Positions 44,806 to 64,000 of a stretch of DNA of 64,000 bases are shown here, in pieces. The stretch comes from Eledone cirrhosa. Its lineage: Eukaryota. Positions within the stretch are counted from its first letter, which is position 1. Each line of letters begins with the position of its first letter. The notes below the pieces were generated by a model that was given only the letters and a program-made list of their open reading frames with translations, searched no databases and had not been told where the DNA came from. The position numbers and the translations under genes are program-made. The stretch covers positions 16,864,001 through 16,928,000 of the forward strand of contig OZ024749.1 of the NCBI GenBank assembly GCA_964016885.1, read 5' to 3'.

Positions 44806-45477
44806 GTTTTTTATTGGGGGGATCCGGGTTTTTTTTTTTTACCTTGAGGTATAACCAGTCAGTAGTTCCTTCAAAGGCTCTGGCGGTTCCGGAAGAGGGG
44901 CAAGGTGACGTTACCGTTTAAGCAGCACATTGCAGGTGGCTCCCCAGCCCACTTTGTAGCATTGTAGAATTAGCAATTGAAGCGCATCTCGCCTATATTT
45001 ATGTCAGAGCGCATCGAGTAATTAACGTTTTGCTCATACTTGAAAGCCCGTAGGTGCCAGTAAGGGCTGTTGGGGCTCGTCACACCGCGTGCAGCTTCTC
45101 GCCGTCGACTGTTACGCTTGAACGTAGAACATTGATCGTGTGGTTGGTGGGAAGGTCTGGCAGCAATAGCAGAAGCAACATTTGCAATGCTAATGGACCG
45201 CCGGTCTGCATCTTCAGAAGCCATGGAAGTAGTCATAGCCGCAGCGTCCGTAGGAAGGCGAGCCGTCCGTTGTTTTAAACGTTCCAAATACCTGGAAGCA
45301 GCATTAGTCGCAGCGTTTCTAGCCAGGTATGAAAGAAGCCTGGTATGAAGCCATTTTGGCTAGGCGTGCGGTGCGCTGTTGGAAACTTTCAGCGGCTCGA
45401 GATTCTGCTGAACGTAAGGCTGTCTGTGAAAGTCTTGAAGCATTTTCCTCAGAGGACTCGTTTGCTTTATGTCCAAA

Positions 45478-45833
45478 AGAAAGGGTGAAAGTTACTTCTA
45501 CAGAAAAATTGACTTTGAAAGTCTACTGTCTGTTTATGAATATTGTTATAGTTGTTGTGATACAAATGTTAGTAAGTAAATGGATATCGAAAAATAAAGG
45601 GTGAAAGTTACTTCAACATAAAAATTAACTTTGAAAGTATAAGGCTGATAATTGAATGTAAAAAGATTGATAAGAAAGGCCCCTCCAAAAAAAATGTACA
45701 GGTATTTGTATGTATGTGTGTATTTTTATGTCGAAAAGAAAGGGTTAAAGTTACTTCTACAGAAAAATATAGTTTGAAAGTGTAAGGTCGATGTGTGTGT
45801 AAATTAAGTGACAGGTATTTGTATGTATGTGTG

Positions 45834-45865
<32 letters not shown>

Positions 45866-46120
45866 TGTATGTATGTATGTATGTATGTATGTATGTATGA
45901 ATGTATGTATGTATGTATGTATTAAAGTTGAAAGTTACTTCAACATAAAAATTGACTTTGAAAGTATAAGGCTGATAATTGAATGTAAAAAGATTGAAAA
46001 GAAAGGCCCCAAAAAGAAATTTACAGGTATTTGTATGTATGTGTGTATTTTTATGTCGAAAATAAAGAGTTAAAGTTACTTATACAGAAAAATTTAGTTT
46101 GAAAGTGTAAGGCCGATCTC
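45478..46120. repeat. Helitron-internal tandem subrepeats plus (TATG)n
   Basis: AAAGTTACTTC...TTTGAAAGT recurs five times; 45604-45790 is repeated at 45929-46112. Confidence 0.8.
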
Positions 46121-46585
46121 TTTATCATTATATGCTATTGTTATTTCTAAGACAAACTGTGTATGCGTTGATTGATTGAAATTCCCGCGTTCCTGTTTCT
46201 ATGACGTCAATCGTAACCATACCAACATATGTGTGTGTGTATGCACCCACATATATGTGTGTATATGTTTTTTTTCAATGTTTCTCTTTTTCACAAACAC
46301 TTATAAGAGAAGGTAGCAATTTTAAGGGGAGGTGATGAATGGGAGTAGATATGGGAAACGTATATCATACGAGAGAGGAGAAATCATCGATTGTTGAAAT
46401 AAATCGATTTTTCCGTAATTGTGGCATTTTTTACCCAATAAGATCGCCCATGACCCAAGTTAGAATATTTGTAAACATTCTGCTTAATTATTCATTCAAT
46501 ATTTTTGGAATTGTGTAAATGTATAAAATTGAAACATACATACAGACACAAAAATCTGCCTTTTATAGATAATGATGACTTATAT

Positions 46586-46676
<91 letters not shown>

Positions 46677-46719
46677 TATATATACACATATATATATATT
46701 TATATATACACATATATAT

Positions 46720-46773
<54 letters not shown>

Positions 46774-46865
46774 TTATATATACACATATATATATACACA
46801 CACACATATATATATATATATACACATATATATATATACACATATATATATGTGTATATATATAT

Positions 46866-46935
<70 letters not shown>

Positions 46936-46938
46936 TAT

Positions 46939-47016
<78 letters not shown>

Positions 47017-47027
47017 TTATATATATG

Positions 47028-47975
<948 letters not shown>

Positions 47976-48091
47976 CATATATATATATACATATATATAT
48001 ATGCATATATATATATATATATATACATATATATGTATATATATATATGTATATATATATGTATATATATATATGTATATATATATATATG

Positions 48092-48154
<63 letters not shown>

Positions 48155-48287
48155 ATATATGTATATATATATGGATATATATATGTATATATATATGTAT
48201 ATATATATGTATATATATATGTATATATATGGCCATACTCGATAACGAGGGGCAGCCATTATATATATGTACATATATATATATATG

Positions 48288-51464
<3,177 letters not shown>

Positions 51465-51484
51465 TATATATACACATATATATA

Positions 51485-51524
<40 letters not shown>

Positions 51525-51568
51525 TGAAAAAGAACAAAGGAACTATTATGACATTATAACAAGTTTAT

Positions 51569-51615
51569 TGCCGACAGCCGTTTCGTCCGACCATATAGTG
51601 GGACTTTTCAAGGCA
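51569..51615 (-). ncRNA. Hammerhead, U3/A8 variant (family O)
   Basis: TGCC-TTGAAAA-GTCC-CACTATATGGTC-GGAC-GAAA-CGGCT-GTC-GGCA, then AATAAA. The copy at 57403-57449 has TTGGAAA. Confidence 0.78.
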
Positions 51616-52106
51616 TATTACAGGTGATTGTAAGTTCATTATTTACATCAACGTTTCACTCAAGATTAGCAGTTTGAAATCGTGGTATACATCAACATCT
51701 CCGCTTGTATATTTGGGGTCTATATTCTAAGGGGGTTCTTTTATATTAGTTGTAGGAGTTGTAAGATGGATGGGTTATAGGGAGTTAAGAGAATTTGAAA
51801 TGGACCTAAGTGTTAGGGATTGAAGGTTAAAAATTAAAGAATTTATAAGTTACACATTAAAAGTAAAAGACTTGGGATTTCGTAAAAGCATCTTAAAAAA
51901 TCCCTCAATAAGCGCATAAAGCTTATAAGCCCCAATAAACCTAACAAACCAGAAGAGATTAAGATAATAAAAAAATAAAAAATAAAAAAATAAAAATAAA
52001 ATATCCTTCAAAAGAAAAAAAAAAAATTTTTTTTGTAAGAGATCTCCCTAAAATTTTTTAGAAAATTTACGAAGATTTGATAATCCCTACTAAAGTTTTA
52101 AACTCA

Positions 52107-52196
52107 AAAATTAAAAATTAAAAATTAAAAATTAAAAATTAAAAATTAAAAATTAAAAATTAAAAATTAAAAATTAAAAATTAAAAATTAAAAATT
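52107..52196. repeat. (AAAATT)n hexamer run inside the PLE 3' UTR
   Basis: Direct reading of the sequence. Confidence 0.92.
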
Positions 52197-54498
52197 ATGG
52201 AAAAGAACTTTCAATAAGATTTAACAGGTTAATAAAGTTAATGATTTAGGGAGTCCATAATATAAAGATTAAGATTTAAGTTAGGATTTGAATTTTAAGA
52301 GTTCCAAACCCAGAAATTAAAAAATTTAATGAATTTAAGATTAAGCAATCTTATTCATCCAAGATTAAAAATTAACGATTAAGGGGTTGAACATTAAATT
52401 TAATTTTAAAAATTAAGAAATAAATAGTTGAAAGAAATTAATCAATTAAAGGTTAATTCAAAAGCCTTCAAAAAATCCCTCAGAAAGGCCCCTTTAATAT
52501 TTTTAATAAAAACCTCTTCCGAAAGACCCTTCAAAGAATTAAAATTTTAGAGAGCCTTTAAAAAAATATATAAATGAATTGAGGAAAATTACAAATTAAA
52601 AGTTAAAAATTACGGGATTTGGGAGATCCGAGGAATTTTCAAAGGGCTGCTTCAACAGATACAACTTAGGTATAATAGATAAAGTAATTTAAGTAATTTA
52701 AGTAATCTAATTAAGGAGCAATTCAAAGAGCTTATCAAGTTGGGAAAGATTAAAGAAAATGATAAGAAAATATATAAGCAAAAAGACAATAATTATAAAA
52801 TGTATTTTTAAGAAGGTATAAAGTAGCTTCAGTAATCTAATAATGTATTATCAAAAAATTATTAATATAGGATTAACAAAGACATAATAATATATTCCTG
52901 CCTAATTAACAAACAATCAATAAGCAATTAACAGTCAAGCAAAATTTACTCAGGGATATCCCACGCACGGATCCTTTACAGACATGCAGCAACACAGAAA
53001 TAACAAAGACATAATAGTATATTCCTGCCTAATTAACAAACAATCAATAAACAATTAGCAGTCACGTAAATTTACTCAGGGATATCCCACGCACGGATAC
53101 TTTACACACATACAGCAAGATGAACAATACAGGTGACCTTGTGGGTGCGATATCCATTGTGCGCATGCAGTCATCTGCATAGCTCCAGGTACAGTTGGTC
53201 TTGTTTAAAAGTTCCGAGTTCACGAATCAACTGGGATTCACTATCAGCTGTGTGGACTCTCTGGGAAATGTACCTGTGGATCAAATTGCTAGTGGTCGCA
53301 GGGTGTGGTCCGTTCGATCATTTAGTTTCGGGGATTGCACGCGTTTGCGATAGATCAGCCTGCCGGTTCTAAATCCAAGGTCTTGCTGCATATGCTGTAT
53401 TGGTGTACATGATATATTGGTAAAAAAGTCCAGTATGGACTTGACTGGGGTGGTATATTGCGTCTCTCGCTATTATCCTCTCCTCTCACCAATTCTAAGC
53501 TCGCACGCGACTGGTCAAATGCTAAGGGCTGTCCCCTCTTTTTTTGTTGTAGGGGTCGGTTCTAGCTTAGATGGTGGTCGTGTTATCCATGTTGCCTCTA
53601 TATCTCGTCAGTCATGCATATTCAAGACAGATCACGGTATATATTTGCGGTATGGTCCGGCGTCTATGCTATCCAAAGGGTCTCTCTTGTGGTATTTTCA
53701 AATTCGCATGCCATCTCCCGGTTAAGTCTGCGCATTCTTCGGTGAATCTCGTGCATGGAATCTTGGGGTATCATATTACACGGGGTGACTAGCAGAAAAT
53801 ACATATTCCATGCTATCGCGCACGCGCTGGCCTGTGGCTACGACCATGTCCAGTCTCGGGTAGTAGCAGACAGCAGGTAGACCAGCAAGACACACCCCTG
53901 TTCAAGGGGCACAACCCCTAACTTATCGAGTGGTCAGACATCAAGGGAGTCAACTCTCCAAGCCCATTATGTCAACTGTGGTAATATACAAAAAATCCTT
54001 ATTAATAAAGAACTAACTCAAAAAAAAAACAAAAAAAAAATAATTAAAAAAACCCACTATTAATAAAGAACTAACTCAAAAGAAATGAATGGGAGAGAAT
54101 GGGGAGGGGCATCTATTTGGGCGGGGGTTTACTAGGGGAGGGGGTGGGGTGATTGGTTATAGGCAGGGAGCGGCCGCCATATTGGGTGCTCTGCTACTGT
54201 TCCCTTGGGCAAAATCCCGAATTTGTTGATATGTATCTCCGACGGTACCTCCTCAGACCAGTCAACGTGGGTCCAGGCACTCGCAATGTCCTACACTGCA
54301 GGCATCATCTGCCCCCAGGGCGCCCAGCAACAATGCTGCCACCAATCCCAATTTGGCAAGTGGGACACAGGGTCGACTGTTCCTCACCAGAGTCCCCATC
54401 GGCAATTGGGGAGCCGAGGCATCAATGGGGCCGGGGTTACTCAAGAGCACCCTATTCGCCAGCGGGGCAGCCATGTTCGAGATATGGTGGGGTCAGGG

Positions 54499-57196
54499 TT
54501 AGGTGTCTGATCTGAAGAAAAAGAAAGAGCTAAGTATAGTATGGGGGCAGGACGAGAAGATTTCTGACCTCCTGTTGAGCAAGTTAAGTCCTGAGAATAC
54601 TATGGCATGAGATTCAATTAGGCACAGGCTACAAAACCTGCTCAACGAGCTATATGGAGGAGCTTTAGTAAGGCATCTCCAGCTTAGTGTGTAGGGGGTT
54701 TTTGCTTGTTTTAAGTTATGTATGTGTCCCGCTAACGACGTGGTATTTTTAAGCTTCTCATTTCGGAAGCTATGCTGGTGGGCGTTGAATCTCGTCTTGA
54801 AATGGTTAGCGGTTTATCCCACATACGTCTTAGTATACGTGTCTGTGGTTACGTTACAAGCATATACTACGTTTCTAATAAGGCAGTGTCCAGCTAGTGA
54901 GAATTTGTCCTTCCGTCTGCAATTACACTTTCTAATAGGGTCATGCTCCTCAATCAGGGGTGCATGTCCCTCCAAGCGGCCACGGGGCTGCCTAGTGGGA
55001 CCGGTTCTATTGCCTGTTATCCCCCTGAGTCATTCCCTCAGTGGGTCGGTCCCATGTTGTCGTGTGTACTGGCGTGGTTCCCTATTTCGGATGGCCTTAA
55101 GTCCCTCGTTAATCTTACTCTTATTGGTCCTAGCTAGGTGGGAGGCCAGATTAGGGGTTGTCGAGTACGATAGTTTGATAGTATTCTTATTGATGACACT
55201 ACCGTACCTACTACCTGGGGGGAAGTTCCTATCAATTAAAGAGAAAAAAGATTTGGGGAGGTCTGTAGTAATATTAGAGTTGAAGGGCGGGTTAAAGAAG
55301 GTGCTATCACGTTTTCTATTCCTTCCACTGCGTTTCTTATCCCCTATGCTGCTTACCCTCCCTTTATCTAGATTATTATGGGTTCTACCAAGTGTGCTTC
55401 CTGGGATCCCGGTGGTATGTGTATTGGTCTCGAATCTCCTAGACCTCTGGCCCCCGTTTTCACTGTTGGACTTGCTTGGGGCGGCGTAATGCTTTCCAGC
55501 CGCGCGGGCCCTCTCTGTGTCTGCATTGCGAGTGTTGTTGTTCTTAGCTAAATTCCTATTGTCCCTATTCGTCTTTCTAGCCCTCCCTCCATCCCCCATG
55601 GACATATTATGCGTGATTACAGTGATGGGTTGGGGTGGTGGGGTGGTGCCGCCTGTCTCAACATAATGAAGTTTATCTTTGTGCCATGACCTAGCTAGCG
55701 CCTTATTGTAATACTCCACATTTGCCTCAAATGCGGTCACGCTGCTAGATAGTCCGCTAATCCTACTAGATACTCCCTTAACTATTGCTTTGAGGACTGA
55801 GCCTGGGTGATTGGAGTTGGCATTGACGTATGTCAGCCTCTCGTTAGGTTTATGGTACTGTGTATATTCTAACTTATCTAGGTCTAGTGTGGCATCTAGA
55901 AAGTTGACTACCTTACTATTTCTATCCATAGTTATTGATAGGTTAAAGTTCTTGAAGAATTTATATAGGTCCTTTCTAGTTCTTTCTAGGTTGTGTCGTT
56001 TAAACTCCACAGTAAGCAATGCGTCGTCACGGTATAGCCTGAGGTGTGGGAACTGCTCGTTGAGCTCCTTGAGCAGGTACAATCCGACGAGGTCTGTCAC
56101 CTGTGCCAAGTCACCAGACCCCATAGTGATGTCGAAGTTATTACGTGTGTTCTTGCGCGTCCACAATTCATCCTGACGAGTCTGTCACCTGTGCCAAGTC
56201 ACCAGACCCCATAGTGATGTCGAAGTTATTACGTGTGTTCTTGCGCGTCCACAATTCATCCTCAAATGTGATAATTGTTTTTACGAGCGGCAAGAACTAT
56301 GTCAATCTGGGATCTAGTGATTCCGCCCGTCCGCATTGCCATTATAAGCGCCTTATTCAGTATTATGGAGGATATAGACGTATAGTAGGAGTCTATATCG
56401 AACTGGATGAAGCGTAGTGATTTGTGGTTGCTAATGCTTGAGAACCACTTTATCACTTCTGCAGTGTTTCCCCATAGGTCCAGGCTAATCCTATCCTTAA
56501 CTTTCGGTATGACTTCATCCAGTATTTTTTTACTTATAATCCCTATGTCAGATTTAGAGTGGCTAATGAGCCTGACAGAGGGGCTACTTGCAAGTCCTCC
56601 TTATGATCTTTCAATGTGAACCTTGGTTGTAGGGGGGTGTAAGGTTGTGTGCATTCTCTAATCCTAGCTTCGTTACTATCACTTTAGCCTCCCTGTTAAT
56701 CTCATTTAGGTTGGCTACAGTGTTTTTTTTATAGTTTTTATGTAGTTCATTGTATATGAATCCGCGGTAATTCTTCATAACTCAGGTTGTATATATTCTT
56801 AGTCTTGTCCGAGGGTACGAGTATACAATTTCTGTCCTTAAAAGATTGAACTAGTGATTCTAACTTAGTTTGGAAGCCGCTACGCTTACCGTTTTTCCTT
56901 TTATACCTAATAGACCGGACGAGAGACAATAGGTCACTCTAAAATTTATCGAGTAGAGGGTTATGGGGCGGGCTCCTAAATGTCCTAAATCCATACTTAT
57001 TATTCGATGGACTCTCTAGTGGGGCGCTACGGCGTCTATCGAAGTGGAATGTGCGCCATCTTATTCTCCTTACAAACGAATTAACGCTGGCTATAAGCTG
57101 CTTTTCATAAGTACCCCTTGGTGGTATGGGTATATTCTTAAGTGATAACGGAAGATGGTCCTTTGTCAGCATACTGTCGATGTATTGAAAAGCCAC
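54499..57196 (-). pseudogene. PLE RT plus GIY-YIG, multiple frameshifts and an ~88-bp tandem duplication (56086-56262)
   Basis: [47 protein letters not shown]...YVG. Confidence 0.9.
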
Positions 57197-57455
57197 CAGG
57201 GCGGTGTGTCTTTCAGTGAAGGTTAAGCTCTACCGGAGGGAACTGAATAAGCAAGATGTATGGTAGGTCGTACGTATATCGCGATGATCACGCCTGACCT
57301 ACCAAATATTCGACGGTAGCTAGTTAAGCTCTATGCGTATAAGCAGAGCAAAAATATTAATGAAAAGAACAAAGGAACTATTATGACATTATAACAAGTT
57401 ATTACCGACAGCCGTTTCGTCCGACCATAAGGTGGGACTTTCCAAGGCATATAAC

Positions 57456-59139
<1,684 letters not shown>

Positions 59140-59140
<1 letters not shown>

Positions 59141-59211
59141 CATGTAAGTATGTATGTATACGTACATACATATATGTATACAGACGTACAGTAGCATGCA
59201 TATATATATAT

Positions 59212-59253
<42 letters not shown>

Positions 59254-60392
59254 CAGGTACACATACATATATGCACGCATCAGTTTAGCGGACGCTTATT
59301 ATAACGCCGCTTTGTTCGTTTGTAAACAAACTGAACAGCCTGAATTTATGCCATACGGTGTTAAGGCAACCATGTCACCTTTTTGTTCAACACTGACACA
59401 GGAACGATGTACTAGTTTCAAGCTTGTTAGCTATCATCAGCACCGTATACCCATCTGCAAGATAGTTGAACGTTCGAAAGTATATACTTGAACAGTTCTC
59501 TATCTAAAATCTGCAATCTCTGTCTAAATGAAAAATTTACCATTATCTCTAATCTAGATTCTATAATAAATAGACGCACTGACTTGTTTTCTATCTGCTT
59601 GCATAAATTCCATAAAACATTTCACAAAGTATACAGCTAATATTCAATTCTTTATCAATTAGAATCTTTTTCTCAAAGGCACAATATATACACTTCTTTT
59701 AAAAATATACCCATCTTTCTACCTTATTTCAAAGGTTATTATACATTCTATAATACTTGTTTACTCATTACTCTTACTCTATATCACCTTGTAAAAATCC
59801 TTCGTAAACATATACATTTTTTGACGCTAGATTATTCATTCATCAATTCATTATTCTTTTCTCCCTATCATCTAACTCATTATTCTCAATACATATTAAC
59901 ATTTTCTTTTCTTCGCACATATTATCAAATCCTTCAATATACAAACCTTAACTTTACATTATTTTTCTCTTCGTTAATTTTCAAATTCTTTTAATTTATA
60001 CATTATCTTCCAACGGTTTCAACCTCTCTATGTAAAACAATATATCTTTCTCAGTTATAAAAGCTATCTCTCTCTCTATCACCCATCTCTCCTCCTATCT
60101 CATCCATCCTCATTATACTCCTCCCTCTCCACCTTCACTCTCATCTCCTTCTTTTTTTCATCCTTTCCACCCACCCCCTCTAAATAAAATATTTTTCCCA
60201 ATATCACACATCAATCTAAAAGTACTTCTCATATGTTGATTTAAAACTGAACTATCCATAAGTGTTTTTTAACCTTCATATCATGTCCTCCTGTTTTATC
60301 TGATGAAAACACAAATATTATTGCATGATGATATTTGTTTTTGAAATGCGCATAATAAAATACATGGAACTCTTTTAACCATCTTTTTTTCT

Positions 60393-60400
<8 letters not shown>
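59140..60400. mobile_element. Head-to-head chimera: family K unit (-) joined at ~59488 to family M PLE 3' part (+)
   Basis: K sequence runs to TATATACTT, then GAACAGTTCTCTATC (GIY-YIG C-terminus), the UTR and an HHR. Confidence 0.82.
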
Positions 60401-60481
<81 letters not shown>

Positions 60482-60788
60482 CACATATATATATATATAT
60501 ATACATATACACATATATATATATATATATATACATATACACACATATATATATACATATACACACATATATATATATATATATATATACATATACACAC
60601 ACATATATATATATATATATACATATACACACATATATATATATATACATATACACACACATATATATATATATATACATATACACACACATATATATAT
60701 ATATATATATACATACATATACACACATATATATATAATATATATATGGGAGGAGGTTATAGTTCACTTGAAGCATTGTGTAATGAGG

Positions 60789-61394
<606 letters not shown>

Positions 61395-61429
61395 CACACA
61401 CACATATATATATATATATACATACATAT

Positions 61430-61568
<139 letters not shown>

Positions 61569-61611
61569 CATATATATATATATATATATATACATATATA
61601 TATAAGGAATA

Positions 61612-61865
61612 GAATGAAACGAAATTTCATTTCTCACTCTTAGTACGGCAGAAAGGTATACGGTGCTGACGATAGCTAACAAGCTTGAAACTAGTACATC
61701 GTTCCAGTGTCAGTGTTGAACAAAAAGGTGACGTGGTTACCTGAACACTGTACGGCGTAAATCAGGCTGTCCGTTTGTTTACAAACGGACAAAGCGAACA
61801 TTATAATAAATGTTCGGTAAACTGATACGTGCATATATATATATGTGTGCCTGTATGTATATATG

Positions 61866-61909
<44 letters not shown>

Positions 61910-61961
61910 GCTACTGTACGTCTGTATACATATATGTATGTACGTATACATACATACTTAC

Positions 61962-61962
<1 letters not shown>
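61612..61962 (+). mobile_element. Diverged family K copy with a short 5' inversion
   Basis: HHR with CTGACGA core at 61660-61702; 61614-61650 is in the opposite orientation. Confidence 0.75.
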
Positions 61963-63278
<1,316 letters not shown>

Positions 63279-63364
63279 ATATACTCCAGTCCTACAAACT
63301 GTAGAGTGCTTCTTATCCGATTTCTGCATTGCTTTATTGTACTACAATAAAACTCACCTCCTAC

Positions 63365-63459
<95 letters not shown>

Positions 63460-63520
63460 CATATATATATACATATATATATACATATATATATACATAT
63501 ATATATACATTTATATATAC

Positions 63521-63553
<33 letters not shown>

Positions 63554-63588
63554 AGGATTAAAATACTGGAGCGTGTTGGAGTTAAACA

Positions 63589-64000
63589 TCCATTTCGGTT
63601 GGTGTTGTTATGGAAGTACCACCAAGGATCTCCACTGCCCTCCTTACTCAGATGTGCATTGAAGTCCCCCAAAACAAGCAGGATATTGTGTGCCTGAGTG
63701 GTGTTGACAGCTCTACACACCTCCTCATGGAATTCTTCCGCATTCACATCACTGTCCCCCTCGGTTGGACTATAGGCTGAGATGACTGTCAGTCTTGGGT
63801 TTCCATTGAAGGTCACCCTCAACACTCGCGGGGAGATAGGCATTATTTCCCTCACCAAGTGGGTTTTTACACTGAACACAAAACCCACTCCTCCTACTGC
63901 AGCATTTGTTGTGTTCTTCACTGCCGATGTAGTGATGAGCTGGCTCTTCTTCCCGATCATCACACTCCTCACGGGCTCATCGTGTAGAATCCTGTGTTCT
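63589..64000 (-). mobile_element. Second RTE copy (APE region), near-identical to ~21142-21555, running off the window
   Basis: Direct sequence match; GGVGF, AYSPT, LGDFNA. Confidence 0.9.

Larger units (their letters stand above)
43230..46572 (-). mobile_element. Internally deleted Helitron
   Basis: Minus-strand start TCTATAAAAGG; end hairpin CCCGAGCAACGCCGGG followed by CTGG; PIF1 helicase remnants. Confidence 0.8.

Noticed and set aside
52107-52196. Telomere-like repeat
   Set aside because: (AAAATT)n lacks G/C and lies inside a PLE UTR.
54722-55489. 255-aa ORF and similar antisense ORFs (8432-8920, 19169-19794, 27976-28542, 44336-44749)
   Set aside because: They are shadow ORFs opposite retroelement or Helitron coding strands, with no motifs of their own.

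Overview
AT-rich, repeat-saturated eukaryotic DNA. The SINE types and the (TA)n density suggest a cephalopod such as Octopus, but that is an inference. I found no host gene, and nearly all short IY/YI ORFs are translations of (TA)n/(TACA)n microsatellite. The window is a nest of mobile elements sitting in (TA)n tracts. It holds one Neptune-type and several Naiad-type Penelope-like elements (PLE; RT plus GIY-YIG), an RTE-type LINE with a second partial copy, a CR1/L2-type LINE, an internally deleted Helitron, three tRNA-derived SINEs and a 200-N gap. The main unannotated signal is about 35 type I hammerhead ribozyme (HHR) motifs in about 16 sequence families (manual count and manual folding). 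They include canonical cores, U3/A8 core variants and variants with stem II extended by 35-135 nt. Most lie just upstream of an AATAAA-like signal and a (TA)n tract. The HHR-bearing tails occur as fold-back palindromes, as head-to-head chimeras of different families with both 3' ends facing outward into (TA)n, and as ORF-less tandem, retrozyme-like arrays. One Naiad ORF is interrupted only by two in-frame TGA codons, one of them at a conserved zinc-finger Cys.
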